Origin: Paecilomyces variotii
Lineage: Eukaryota
NCBI GenBank assembly: GCA_004022145.1
Contig: RCNU01000001.1
Direction: 5' to 3' (one strand)
DNA: 64,000 nucleotides
Shown here: positions 51,869-63,030 of the stretch, piece after piece
Numbering within the stretch: the stretch's first letter is position 1
Layout of the letters: every line of letters starts with the position of its first letter
Notes under the pieces: model-generated
Database searches by the model: none
What the model was told of the DNA's origin: nothing
Seen by the model: the letters and a program-made list of their open reading frames with translations, nothing else
Made by a program: the position numbers and the translations under genes

Positions 51869-52984
51869 ATGCGGTACATCCACTCCGAGGAAACGTTGCC
51901 AATCCCCGAGAATGGTGAGCATTTGGAAAAACAATCCTGCATTTTCTTGATCCGAGTGGAAATTTGGGAGGATATCGCGAAGGGCGGACTTGTTCCTTGT
52001 TTAGCTTGTCGTCCACATGGGGGAATTTCCTCTGAGGCGATGAGGAAACATAGGAGCAGCGGCGTGCGATTATTGGGAATATTCGATTTGATGGGCTGGG
52101 GCTGACCGATGGGCTTTTTTATGCAGTGAAAATTCACATTCGTTCGCGGGTTGTCACCGTTGAGGGACCTCGAGGTACGCAACAGAAATCTACCCGACTG
52201 GCATATGTGTCGAAGGACGGAGGAAGAGAATTCTTCATCGTCCTTTCTTGCAATGGGGAGGAAGTCATGGGCTGACATTGGATTCCAGGCAAGCTCACGA
52301 AGGACCTGTCTCACATCGCTGTCACCTTCGGCCGCCCCGAGAAGAACGTCATCTCGATTGAGCTGCACCACGGTGCCCGCAAGGGAGTCGCTACTCTCCG
52401 AACTGTCCGCACTATCATCAACAACCTGATCATCGGTGTTACCCGCGGCTTCAAGTACAAGATGCGCTACGTCTACGCACATTTCCCCATCAACGTCAAC
52501 ATCGAGAAGAACAGCGAGACCGACTTGTACGAGGTTGAGATCAGGTATGATGAGACCTACCATTGAATTCCAAGTTCTTGTGGAGGAAAGACACTGGGGA
52601 ACTCTGTGCAGATAGAGAAGGCCTACTGTGTCGCATCAGACATGGGACGACTGTTGGTATTGGTTAGGAGCGTTTGCTGATGGATTATTTCTTCGCAACA
52701 GAAACTTCCTCGGAGAGAAGATCGTCCGCCGTGTCACTTGCCAGCCCGGTGTCGAGGTCATCACCTCGCCCAACGTCAAGGATGAGCTCCAGCTGTCCGG
52801 CAACTCCCTCGAGGGTGTCTCCCAGAGCGCCGCCGACATCCAGCAGATCTGCAGAGTCCGCAACAAGGATATCCGAAAGGTCAGCCATCCTCTGTTTCAA
52901 TCTTCCACATTTATAATGCTAACACTCACATAGTTCCTTGACGGTCTGTACGTGTCGGAGCGGGGCAACATCATTGAGGAGTAA
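51869..52984 (+). CDS. RPL9: 60S ribosomal protein L9 (uL6), 5 exons
   Basis: MRYIHSEETLPIPEN|VKIHIRSRVVTVEGPR|GKLTKDLSH...YKMRYVYAHFPIN...EIR|NFLGEK...KDIRK|FLDGLYVSERGNIIEE. Introns 51915-52126, 52175-52288, 52545-52701 and 52880-52933. Confidence 0.98.
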
Positions 52985-53875
52985 AGAGTGACTGTATTTT
53001 CTGCTTGGGGTGTCTAGTTAGGATGTCCGGAGAAATTTCGCATGCCTATGATGCTAGCAGGGCGAAATAAAATGACCATGGAATGCAAATCCTTGTGCGT
53101 GTCCACGGCAATAGCTTGTATCAGCTGGAAAACGTGACATGTAGAAAAGTTCAGCTTTCATGAGACGACCAAATTTCAATTTTTTTACACGGAGTCTTGT
53201 TCGCTCATCTGAATTGCTTGACGTCGCATGTACAAAGAGCTCCAGACAGAGCCTCGCCTTACCTAGTTACCAAGTTGGTGCTCATTTGAGGCAGTAGACT
53301 CCAGCGTCCTGGCTAGATCACCCAATGCGAGATAATTCGAGCACGCTTCTTTCCTGTGTAAACTTCTGAGATCATTGCCGGTGGTAACATCTCTGTTTTA
53401 GGAACGCAACCACTGCCCTGGCTCCGCTTGCTTTGAGCAATGATCAATGATATATCTAGGAGGCATATCAATCATTTAATCACACTTTTGAGACTGTAGT
53501 GATCACCTGGGCCGAGACTAAGTATCGTTTCTCGTGGCGTTTCGGATACTGTGGGGTATTAGAATAGGAACGGCCCTGTTCTGGATCGCGGTTCCTACCC
53601 CATCACTTTCCTTGGCCGTCATCAAAGGACCCGGCCTCCCCCTCCAATTCCTTGCCGTGATATGCATTCAGCCCGATATCCAGAATAGAAACTGAGGTTC
53701 TGGTTGTGTCGCGAACACAAGGCTAGGAATTGACGGTATCTTCCTTCACCAAGAGTTCCTGCGTTGACTCCATCCCCGAAAGGCGGAAAACATGTGAAAG
53801 CGCGTCATACAACGCCGAGTACTACAACCACCACAGGCATCCAACTTCACAACCTCCTCTCTGTCAGAAAAGGGC

Positions 53876-55895
53876 ATGGAATCTTGGATAAGTGTCTACG
53901 GGCTACTAGCCGCCTTGATGGGCATGCTAGTTGAGGTTGCAGAATTCTGGAAAACGGTAAGCCCCCCTGACGCTTTCGTCTCTAGCAGCTCTCCTTCGCT
54001 CGAGGAGTTGGTTCAACTGGATGATTGAAAACTAATATTATGATTTTCTCTGTTTGTTTGAATATAGAAAATTCTCTCATGGTGGATTTCTCGGTCGCCT
54101 AAAGATGAGCTGTTCGACAAGCTGGCGACAGCAGAGACGTTCGATGAATGGCAGGCGGCGGCGTTTCGTCTGGATGAACTTTTAAGTCATGATCTCTGGT
54201 AAGGAACCTCGTTTTTTCTTTAAAGAGAGGTTATCTTCGCTTGCATCTTCTGTTTTAACATTTGTCAATGTCTTGCTTACCGATTGCTGCAGGCGCCAAA
54301 ACCCTGTCAGCAAACACTATGATCATCGACTCATAGTTGGCAGACTGGAAGCTATCGTTCACTCTAGAGAGGAGGAGGATGTCCTCACGCTTGTCAATCT
54401 CTTGAGATCCGGGCTTGTTCGCAATCTGGGCAATATCGCTTCCCCGAAATTGTTCAACCACGCATTCGCAGGCACTAAACTGCTCATCGACGACTACATC
54501 ACTCAGGTTGCGCGTTCCATTAAGTACGTTGCTGCGCTAGAGACAGCATCTATTCACGATAGTGGGTTCACATCCCAAGCCAAGCTTGAACTTTTACACG
54601 ACGCACGACAGGCCTTTGGCAGATCGACGCTCGTACTTCAAGGAGGCTCCATTTTCGGACTATGTCACCTTGGAGTCGTCAAGGCATTGCACCTTCAAGG
54701 ACTCCTTCCGAGAATCATCACAGGAACAGCTACTGGCGCTCTGGTTGCTGCTTTGGTTGGAGTTCATACAGAAGATGAGCTCTTGGATTTCCTAGATGGC
54801 GACAGCCTCGATCTGACAGCCTTTGACCGTGCCAGGAAATCCGATCCCGGTGAGGATGTCAATGGGATTGTCGTAAACGAACAAGAGGGATGGACTGAGA
54901 TACTGAAAAGGCGGGTGAAGCGGTTCCTTCGAGAAGGATCTTTTTTCGACATTCGGATTTTGGAAGAATGCGTGCGAGCCAACGTGGGCGATATGACTTT
55001 CGAGGAGGCCTATAAGAAGTCCAAGAGGATACTTAATATAACCGTAGCTACCTCAGCAAAGAGTGGCTTCCCCAACCTCTTAAACTATCTGACTGCTCCG
55101 AATGTGGTAAGTAGTATGTCATGTGTCGTTTAGTGATGTCTGCTGATTCTTTCATAGTTGATATGGTCTGCTGCTCTTGCTTCAAACGCATCTACCACAA
55201 GCCTGTATCACCCTGTAAAGCTGTACTGCAAGAATGACTCAGGGGCAATAATTGCATGGCCGCACTCTGAGGATATTATCTTCAAGTCCTGGCGCCAGAC
55301 GACTTACACGGATCGGGAGTCACCACTGGCCCGTATTGCTGAGCTCTTCAATGTCAACCATTTCATAGTGTCTCAGGCACGTCCATACGTTGTCCCTTTC
55401 CTTCGGTCAGACCTTCAGCGCCCCGATCAAAGACAGGGCAGCGTCTCACAATCCATCATGCGTCTTGTCCTTGTGGAAATCTTCCACCGGCTGAAGCAGC
55501 TCGATTATCTTGGTCTCCTCCCCACTGGCCTGCGCCGGCTACTTATCGATGAGACTATCCCGGGTCCTAACCTGACCATTCTTCCAGATCTCTCATTAGC
55601 AGATCTGACCAAGCTCCTCCACCGCCCAAGCAAAGAGGGGCTGCGATATTGGATCCTGCGCGGTGAACGGGGGGTCTGGCCTGCAGTCAGTGCCCTCAAA
55701 GTTCGCTGTGCTGTTGAAATCGAGTTAGACAAGGGGTATCAAGTTGTCCGGAGACGTAGAGACAGCTCATCAGAGTCTGGACGCACGCAACTAGATCATG
55801 CGGAGGACGAGGAAGAGTCCGTCATTAGAAGACGCAGGGCTTTGAGTTTCGATGTAGCCCAGGGGAGACACTTTGCCATGTCCAGTTCCCCATAG
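53876..55895 (+). CDS. Patatin-domain Tgl3/4/5-family lipase-like protein with degenerate catalytic motifs, 4 exons
   Basis: Exons 53876-53956, 54068-54198, 54293-55106 and 55158-55895. Motifs LRSGLVRNLGNI, RQAFGRSTLVLQGGSIFG..HLGV, LLPRIITGTATG, TFEEAY...RILNITV, LNYLTAPNV and ELFNVNHFIVSQ. Confidence 0.92.
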
Positions 55896-56858
55896 CGTCA
55901 AGGACAGGACTTCAGTAAGCATGTCATTTTCAATGCAAAAACGACTACAAAACAAACATCAAAGCACATCTCATAGAAATTCAAAATATAGAGGAAGATT
56001 AGTTTTTTATTGCATGTAGTAATCATTTCTAAACCTACTTACAGCAAGAAAGACATTTACAGACCATGTTTATTTGATGTGGTGTTCCTCCTCAGAATAA
56101 CATGGACCGGTGCCCCCTCTCACACATCACACGCGCTTCACAAATGACGCCGAGACATATCTACGGCTCTATCAGATGAAGCCTCACGCGCAATGATGTC
56201 GTTGTTTATATGAGGTCCTGTACTACCACAGCTAGATTAGTTCAATAGAAAAATGAGTAGGAAAAAGCCTTCATATTGACCCTTTTCACGGACATCTATC
56301 TACCTTGTCTACCTACATACCTTAACTCTCTGAGAACAATAACATCAGACGAATATCGTGACCTCGCTTAGAGCTGATGTTACATTGAAAGAAAGTAACA
56401 GAACCCGCCACACTGTTTTTGAAAAGAATCTCTCTGGGTCTCTCACTTCGGTGTTTCGTCTTCTCACACTCTCTGGCACCACCCACGGAGGATATCCTCA
56501 AGACAAGTCCTGTTCTGTTCCCTTTGGACAGTCAGCTGGGTGAGAGACCTTTAGTTGGGCCTTTCTGCAGAGTTGCCTAGTCTCTGAAGGTATCTTCCAA
56601 TATTGCCGCCCACTTTGATCCTTGAGGCTGTCCTCATTCACTCTTTTCGTCAACCCCGACTCTGCTGTCTTTCCCTCCTGAGACACGTTATTAGACTGGA
56701 CAGTAGTCTGAAACACGCTCTTTGCAGTTCTTGAGCAAGAATTCAGTATCAGACTCTGCTGAGAAAGAGTTTCTGTACTTCTATCAGGTCTTGTAAGTAA
56801 CAGGATACCTCTTCGATGGAGTGAGCTTACAACGACATTCAGCTTGACATCCGCCAAT

Positions 56859-58625
56859 ATGACTCGTCAGGAGATCGTTGCCGTCTTCAAGTTGAAGAGA
56901 AACAAGAAAGAGATCGCCCGTCTCCGTGAAGACTCTGACCTTGGAGAGAGAAAGATATCTCTCGGCCAGATGATTGCCGAAGCGTTCCCAGACGAGGAAT
57001 CACTCTTCAGGGACGATGAAGAGGATATGCAGGACTGGTTCGGGTTCGAGAATGAACCAGCTGAACAAGCTAACCCAGCTGTTGAGGACCCTGAAGCCAA
57101 CGAGTCGGCTGAGTCGACGCCAGCCGTGACTGAAGAAGAACAGTCTTCTTCCCAGGCCGCGATGAAGCCCGATGAGGACGGTGATTTCGAGAAGCCGAAG
57201 GAGACCAATATTGTTCACCCCTGGAACATTGTTGATTATCACCTCTATCTGACCGCCATCGAAAATGGCGCAGGTGAGCATATCAAACGTCATTGTATGT
57301 ATTTGTTCGACGGGAGCTGGTGCCGTCCTTTTCTCTACCGCAACTTCTTCGAGAAAGAAGGAGAGGAAGGAGACGCGTTCTCCCCTGACAAGGTTGGCCC
57401 AGCGCCGCAACTCTTGTTCGGGATTCTTCCCATCGCAGAACGAGGCCCCTACTTCAACGGTATGAAATATCTGCTGGGTTTCGACTGGAACGCAAAGAAG
57501 ATCTTCGCTCGCCGCTTCACTTGGATCCCAGATGAGATTGAGGACATATGGACTGTTTGGGAAGAGGGCCAGATCGTCTACCAATTTTCGATCCCAGAGC
57601 TCCGGCGTATGATGAGGGCTAGTATCAGCAACGGAGACGGGAGCATAGATGTCACATGCTTAGGCTCAAGCGACCATTGCCTGGTCAAGGGTGTCGGCGA
57701 CGGACCTGGATTGGAGATGGTTATTGTCATACAGTGCTGCCAGTGGGTCACTGACCTGGCGGAGGTCTTCTGGAAGAACGAAGACGAGATCCGTTGCGTG
57801 AAGGAGGAACTCATTGGTATCGCACACGAATGGCAGCTTGTCCTCCAGCGCGCTTCGCACAGGGCATGGTTCGCTTTGGACGATGGTATGCCAAAAGATC
57901 CAGATGCCAGGAAGTTCTTGATGGATGAAGTTATTAGCGACCTGTGTAATTTCAATCAGTCAAAGATGCTTGAAAACGTGTACGACAACTCATGGCATGC
58001 CCCATCCCAGGACACCTGCGAGAGGATCCGCCAGCGCTGCTGGGACCAATACCGGGAGGAAGCTATGGAGCGTGTTGGGAAGAAATACGAGCGCGTCTTC
58101 AGTCCGACGTACAGTGCAATTTCAACAATGTCACCGGGGAAGACACTTGGGAACATAATAGGTCGTGCTGGAAGCCTTGCAGGGCCGGCAGCTTCCTTCC
58201 TGGACATTCCCAGCACTCCTCCTCCGGCTGAACCTTTCTGGATGCCTCCGTCTCCATCCTCTGACTCGTCTGAGGAGATCGTCTCTCCAGCCACAGGAAA
58301 ATATGATAGTCAATATGACGGGATCAGACTATGTGCTATGCTGAGTGTCCTGACCGGCTTCATCGAGCAGAACCCAGCGTTGGACATCCCTCACTATCGC
58401 CGCAGACTTGGAGCCTTGATGGATTATATGGGCCTCTCTCTGGTGAACCGCGAGCCTCCCAGGGAAGAACGTCGTTCTTTGGCTCAACAGAAGCGCGATT
58501 CCGGATTCGGATACAATGAGGAGGAATGGGGAGAAGAGTTGAAAGCGATGGGAGACACCGAAGAGAGCGACGAGAACTTTGTCGCCCGCGTTCCCGCCCT
58601 CCTTCCCAGTCCCATTCTCGACTGA
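56859..58625 (+). CDS. Intronless hypothetical (orphan) protein, 588 aa
   Basis: 1767-nt uninterrupted ORF from ATG 56859 with coding-like composition and pyrimidine-rich UTR-like flanks. No family recognised. Confidence 0.8.
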   Translation: MTRQEIVAVFKLKRNKKEIARLREDSDLGERKISLGQMIAEAFPDEESLFRDDEEDMQDWFGFENEPAEQANPAVEDPEANESAESTPAVTEEEQSSSQAAMKPDEDGDFEKPKETNIVHPWNIVDYHLYLTAIENGAGEHIKRHCMYLFDGSWCRPFLYRNFFEKEGEEGDAFSPDKVGPAPQLLFGILPIAERGPYFNGMKYLLGFDWNAKKIFARRFTWIPDEIEDIWTVWEEGQIVYQFSIPELRRMMRASISNGDGSIDVTCLGSSDHCLVKGVGDGPGLEMVIVIQCCQWVTDLAEVFWKNEDEIRCVKEELIGIAHEWQLVLQRASHRAWFALDDGMPKDPDARKFLMDEVISDLCNFNQSKMLENVYDNSWHAPSQDTCERIRQRCWDQYREEAMERVGKKYERVFSPTYSAISTMSPGKTLGNIIGRAGSLAGPAASFLDIPSTPPPAEPFWMPPSPSSDSSEEIVSPATGKYDSQYDGIRLCAMLSVLTGFIEQNPALDIPHYRRRLGALMDYMGLSLVNREPPREERRSLAQQKRDSGFGYNEEEWGEELKAMGDTEESDENFVARVPALLPSPILD

Positions 58626-60504
58626 ATCAAGGAGGAATCGAACAATCTTCAATAATACCTTTGTCCATCTTCACTCATCTCTCGAATTTTTGTCGAAGTC
58701 CAGTTTCAATTTCCTCGTGATTTCATGCCTTTGTACCGGTGTCCATCTCTTTTTACAACCTTTCTGCATGTTCTCCAGTTTCCCCTTCATTTCACCTCTT
58801 TATGTCTAAAAAACAACACCTTTCTCCATTCCCTTTAGCATTGCAGTCACTAACCCCCTTTTCATCACTTCTGTGTCTTGTATTGGGTCACTATTTTCTC
58901 AACAGACCACTCATCAGGTAATATGTCAGGCAGCTGGGCTTGTCGCCAACCCTTTTCTTTCGACTTTTGTGTCTGAATACCCTCCCAGAACGTGTTTTTG
59001 AGCTTTCACTTCAAGCATTCAGTTTGTCTCGTTCTGTTTGGTGTACTCTCAAGCGTGTCACTGGTGACGGCTGAGAACATGATTTGTCTATCGAGTATTT
59101 GGTTTCTTTTCTTTCCCTGTCTTCTCTCCTTCCCCGAAATGGTTCTCTTTCACATGGATGGTCATACCGTTGCTTTCGGTGGCATGAAGATAACTGTATC
59201 CGTACTGCATTCTGCACGTATGGGGTCCCCCTTCTTCGTGCATGAAGTGAGCGGCAGACCGACCAGTGTACTGTACCTAATGGGAGATGAAGAGCACGAG
59301 TTACAGAACAATGAAAATCTCAAAACATTGCTAGTAGTATCTTGATTAGAGTGCTCAAGCGTCTGACACGGATAACCACTGTCCTGATCCCAAACAGGCA
59401 GATAGTTTGTAGCTCTAAGCACAAGAATCGTACCTCTCACGCCACAAATTCTTGACTCGCGAATTGCAGCCCGTGGAAAAATCTGATGGTGATCTTATCT
59501 TAGCGCTCCGGTGAAATACCAAGTAGTAGCTGAGTGTACAGCTGTGTCAAATATCAGGCCGGCGGGAACCTAGATAGCAAATGTGTGCGGCGCCCGAGTC
59601 CAGCTATATGCACGTGTGCGATAAGATCTAACACCAGATGCATAATGGAAGGTAATAATATACTGGCGGTCATCGATGATGCTTAAAAATGCTCCATACC
59701 TGTCATTTTGTTTATGATCTGTCCCGTGATGTCCAGTAGATGTTTGGATATGCACATCATACACCCTAGCAGAAACGGATCATATTTCGTGTCGGGCATA
59801 GGTTGGTATAATAAATCAAAATATAGGAAATACTAGGAGTTACAATAATCCATAATCTTAGGTTGCACTGAGCTCCTAGGATAAGTCTCTAGAACTAGAA
59901 AAGATTAAATATGGGATAGTTTATGTTTGACTTTATACTCATTTAAGTTGGCCTGCAATCCCACTCTAAAGGCGTCGCGCATAGACCTAATAGTTACTTA
60001 TGCTTATACTATACAAAATGATGAAAAGCTCTTGAGAAATTAGATCAGACCATGCAATATCTTTACTAGCTTCTTGCTGCATAATGAAGCCCATAAATAT
60101 ATGACCCCCTAACATCATATCTGGAGAGATAGAAAACTTTAATAACTATCTTAATAGTACCTCAACTAGCTAATAATAATAATAATACCAGTAGTGAACT
60201 AAACCAATAACACAGCTATTCCTTAATGGTTATTCCTCAACCTCTGGGTACATCCCCCATTTATAGTTTCAAAATCTTCCACAGCTGGCCTTACTATCAG
60301 TGACGTAGGTTCGCTACCATCGCAGAAGCCTACAACGCGAGTAAGAATTAGGTCATCCCTCATAGAATCAGTTACCAGGTAGAAACAACTTGCTACTGAA
60401 TCTCACTCTCATTTCCATCTGTCGCTCTTGTCTCTGCGTCCACTTTGTCAGGGTCGATAGTGATTGATACACTAAGTGCTGGTTTACTCCAAGAAACAAT
60501 CAGA

Positions 60505-60901
60505 ATGGAATCGTAAGTATACACTTGAGTCGACTATTTGAGGACAGAACGCCCTAATCATGAACTAGTCTCACGGCTCAAACCACTCCTAAAGCTGATC
60601 GTGCCTCCAACACGAAAGATGGCGCTCAACCCAACTCATCAGACCAGCCTGCAAGTTGCGTCCCAGGCCAAGGGCAGAGAGAATCATAAGAAGCTAACGA
60701 AATGTATAGGAAACTCCTTCAACAACATCGCTGTCTCCGCCTCACCGCTCCTCCATTCCAGACTGGCACGGTAATTATGATCGCAGACCTTCATGGGACA
60801 TAAACTAAATGATATTCACCGCAGGGGACCCCCGCGCCTTCAAATGTGTTTTGTGTCAGAATTGGCATACGGCCCGGTGTCCTTGGCTCCGAAATTATTA
60901 G
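60505..60901 (+). CDS. Putative 75-aa microprotein with C-terminal C-x2-C-x3-H-x3-C zinc-knuckle-like motif, 4 exons, one GC-AG intron
   Basis: Exons 60505-60512, 60569-60650, 60710-60770 and 60825-60901 total 228 nt in frame. Introns are 56, 59 and 54 nt with donors GTAAGT, GCAAGT and GTAATT. Product ends ...DWHGDPRAFKCVLCQNWHTARCPWLRNY*. Confidence 0.55.
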
Positions 60902-61554
60902 CTTGGCTTATGGATAATACGTTTGCTTTCCTTTCTGAAGGAGTCGTGGGTATGTGGGAATCTTTGGTAGATTGGTGTGGCTTTCGAGTAATCAGCAGCT
61001 TAATGATAAGAATTTGGACCTAGTAAGGAGAAGAAATAGTATTTAGATTCCAGGCTTGTAACCGCACATCAGAATCATGCACTGGAGACGTCTCTCCGTA
61101 GAATTACTTGTAAGGACTCTACGTTACAAAACACTACTAGACTGGACAACACGAGCGTAACGGCACATGAAATGACACCTTCATAAAACAGTGCAGTGAG
61201 GAACTGATATAGAGTATATACTTAAGGTTAGAATGACGAGCTTCTCCGGTTCATGTCTCATCTTCTGTACTGCTCTTGTGAGGTCGACCAGAGGCCCTAT
61301 CTTCATGACAACCACATAGTGGTCGATCACAGTTGAAGTATGGTCCTCGGTAAAGGACCAGGAGGGAATTCGTGCGCTTGCCCTCGACTAAGTTGCCAAT
61401 TTTGCTGTATTACCACAGCAGCATAACGAAACTGAATTTATAGACCGACTAGAGCAGGATCCATTTTCTGGCTCATTAGCGGTCAAAATCAGTACCCGGC
61501 TTTCGCTAGCCGCTAGCCTATCAAAGAGATCTAGCACAGGGCTGAGTGGGAGAC

Positions 61555-61810
61555 TGTTGATAAATTGATATGGTTTGTTAAAGCGCTTATATTAGGCTTA
61601 AAATATTAAAGAAAAGATTAGACGCTAAGCTAGCTAAATAGCTAAAAGGAGAAAATCAATGCTTACTGGAGTTACTTAGTAAACTCTTTATAATGCTTAG
61701 TATAGGTCAAATACATATATTAATATTAGTGAGCATCAAGTCGCTTAGCATTAGCTCAGTGAGTGCTCGGCATTGCCCACCAAGCGAGTTCATCTGTAGT
61801 TAGATGGACT
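61555..61810 (+). pseudogene. AT-rich, TpA-rich relic consistent with RIP-mutated coding or transposon sequence
   Basis: Sharp rise in AT and TpA content. One frame reads YIRLKILKKRLDAKLAK*LKGENQCLLELLSKLFIMLSIGQ with a single TAG that could derive from CAG. Confidence 0.35.
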
Positions 61811-63030
61811 CTTATGAAAGCAGCACGGAACAGGAGAGGAAGCCGGGAGGTCGTTGCATATATTTGCTACATTGGATGGATATGCCACGTAGATACTCTG
61901 TTGGTGATAGCGGGATTCCCTGGTCCATGGGAGGTCGGTGACCTGTGCGTATCATGTGCAGTAGCATACCACACATCACATCTAGTATTATGTATCCAGT
62001 TACCCACATCGAGTTCATCCAGTCTATCAAACTGGAGAAAATTTTCTGTGCGTTTGCAGTTCCGCCTTGGCGAGACAACTGATAATCACACAGTGGGGAG
62101 CGTGTCCGCCGCCAAGTAAGGTAGCGGATGCCTTCCGGGTCCCAGTAGATTGTACAGTAGTTATCAGATACTACTAGTTAAACTTTGAAGCTGTGCCCCC
62201 AACGAATTTAGCGAACGTGGTGGAGACGAGCTGAATATGTTTGAGGGAGCGACACTAATCATAGAAAGAGGCTTTTGAGAAGAAGAAAAACCGTGAGATG
62301 GACAAATTACCTAGTTAACTAGTAGATTGTCATCAAAGATTCACATGACGGCAAGTTCCTTCTGCTGCTCACGAGGCAGACTGGTCAACTCAACGGATAG
62401 ATAATAATGATTCAGCCACGAGCATCCAGCACTGTGTTTTCGTGGATGCGGATGAGGGCGTCTTACGCAACTTCGAAGGCTTCGTTAACTAACTAGTATT
62501 TCTTTCAGCTGCGCATCACATGATTCATATCAGATCTGAAAATGCTGTGGGGCCGATCAGCTGAGGCCCCACCCCGCTAGCGCCGCAAGTGGCTCCCGGC
62601 GTGGCTTGCGAGTGGCGGTGCTGAGGCTGGGCGGTTCCCCCCGCGCGAAACGGGCTGTGGCTGATTGGCCCGTATTATCCAGAGGTAGGGCTTGGCATCG
62701 TCACTTCCTCAAGCCGGTGCTTCGAGGCATTCCTTACTAGTGCTGCCCGCGCGGGTCTTGACGGCCCTGCCATTATTTCCCCCTGCGTCGCCTGCTGCTG
62801 CTCCCTTTCTTTCTTTCTTTCTTTCTTTCCTCTCCGGATCGTTCTTTTCCCTCATCGCCTTTTGCTCACTTTTCTTGTCACTCTCTTACAATTCCATTGT
62901 CCCACTTTCCTTTCAGACCTGAACCGACCCCTCGTCGCGGCACCGGGAGATCTTTGCGCGCTGAGTGGTTCTGGTACCATTGCGTTGCCATAACGCCCAT
63001 TTGCGCACCTGGAAGAGGTCCCCTTAGATC

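Noticed and set aside
51853-52563. 236-aa antisense ORF over RPL9
   Set aside because: A shadow of strongly biased ribosomal-protein codons with no recognisable motifs.
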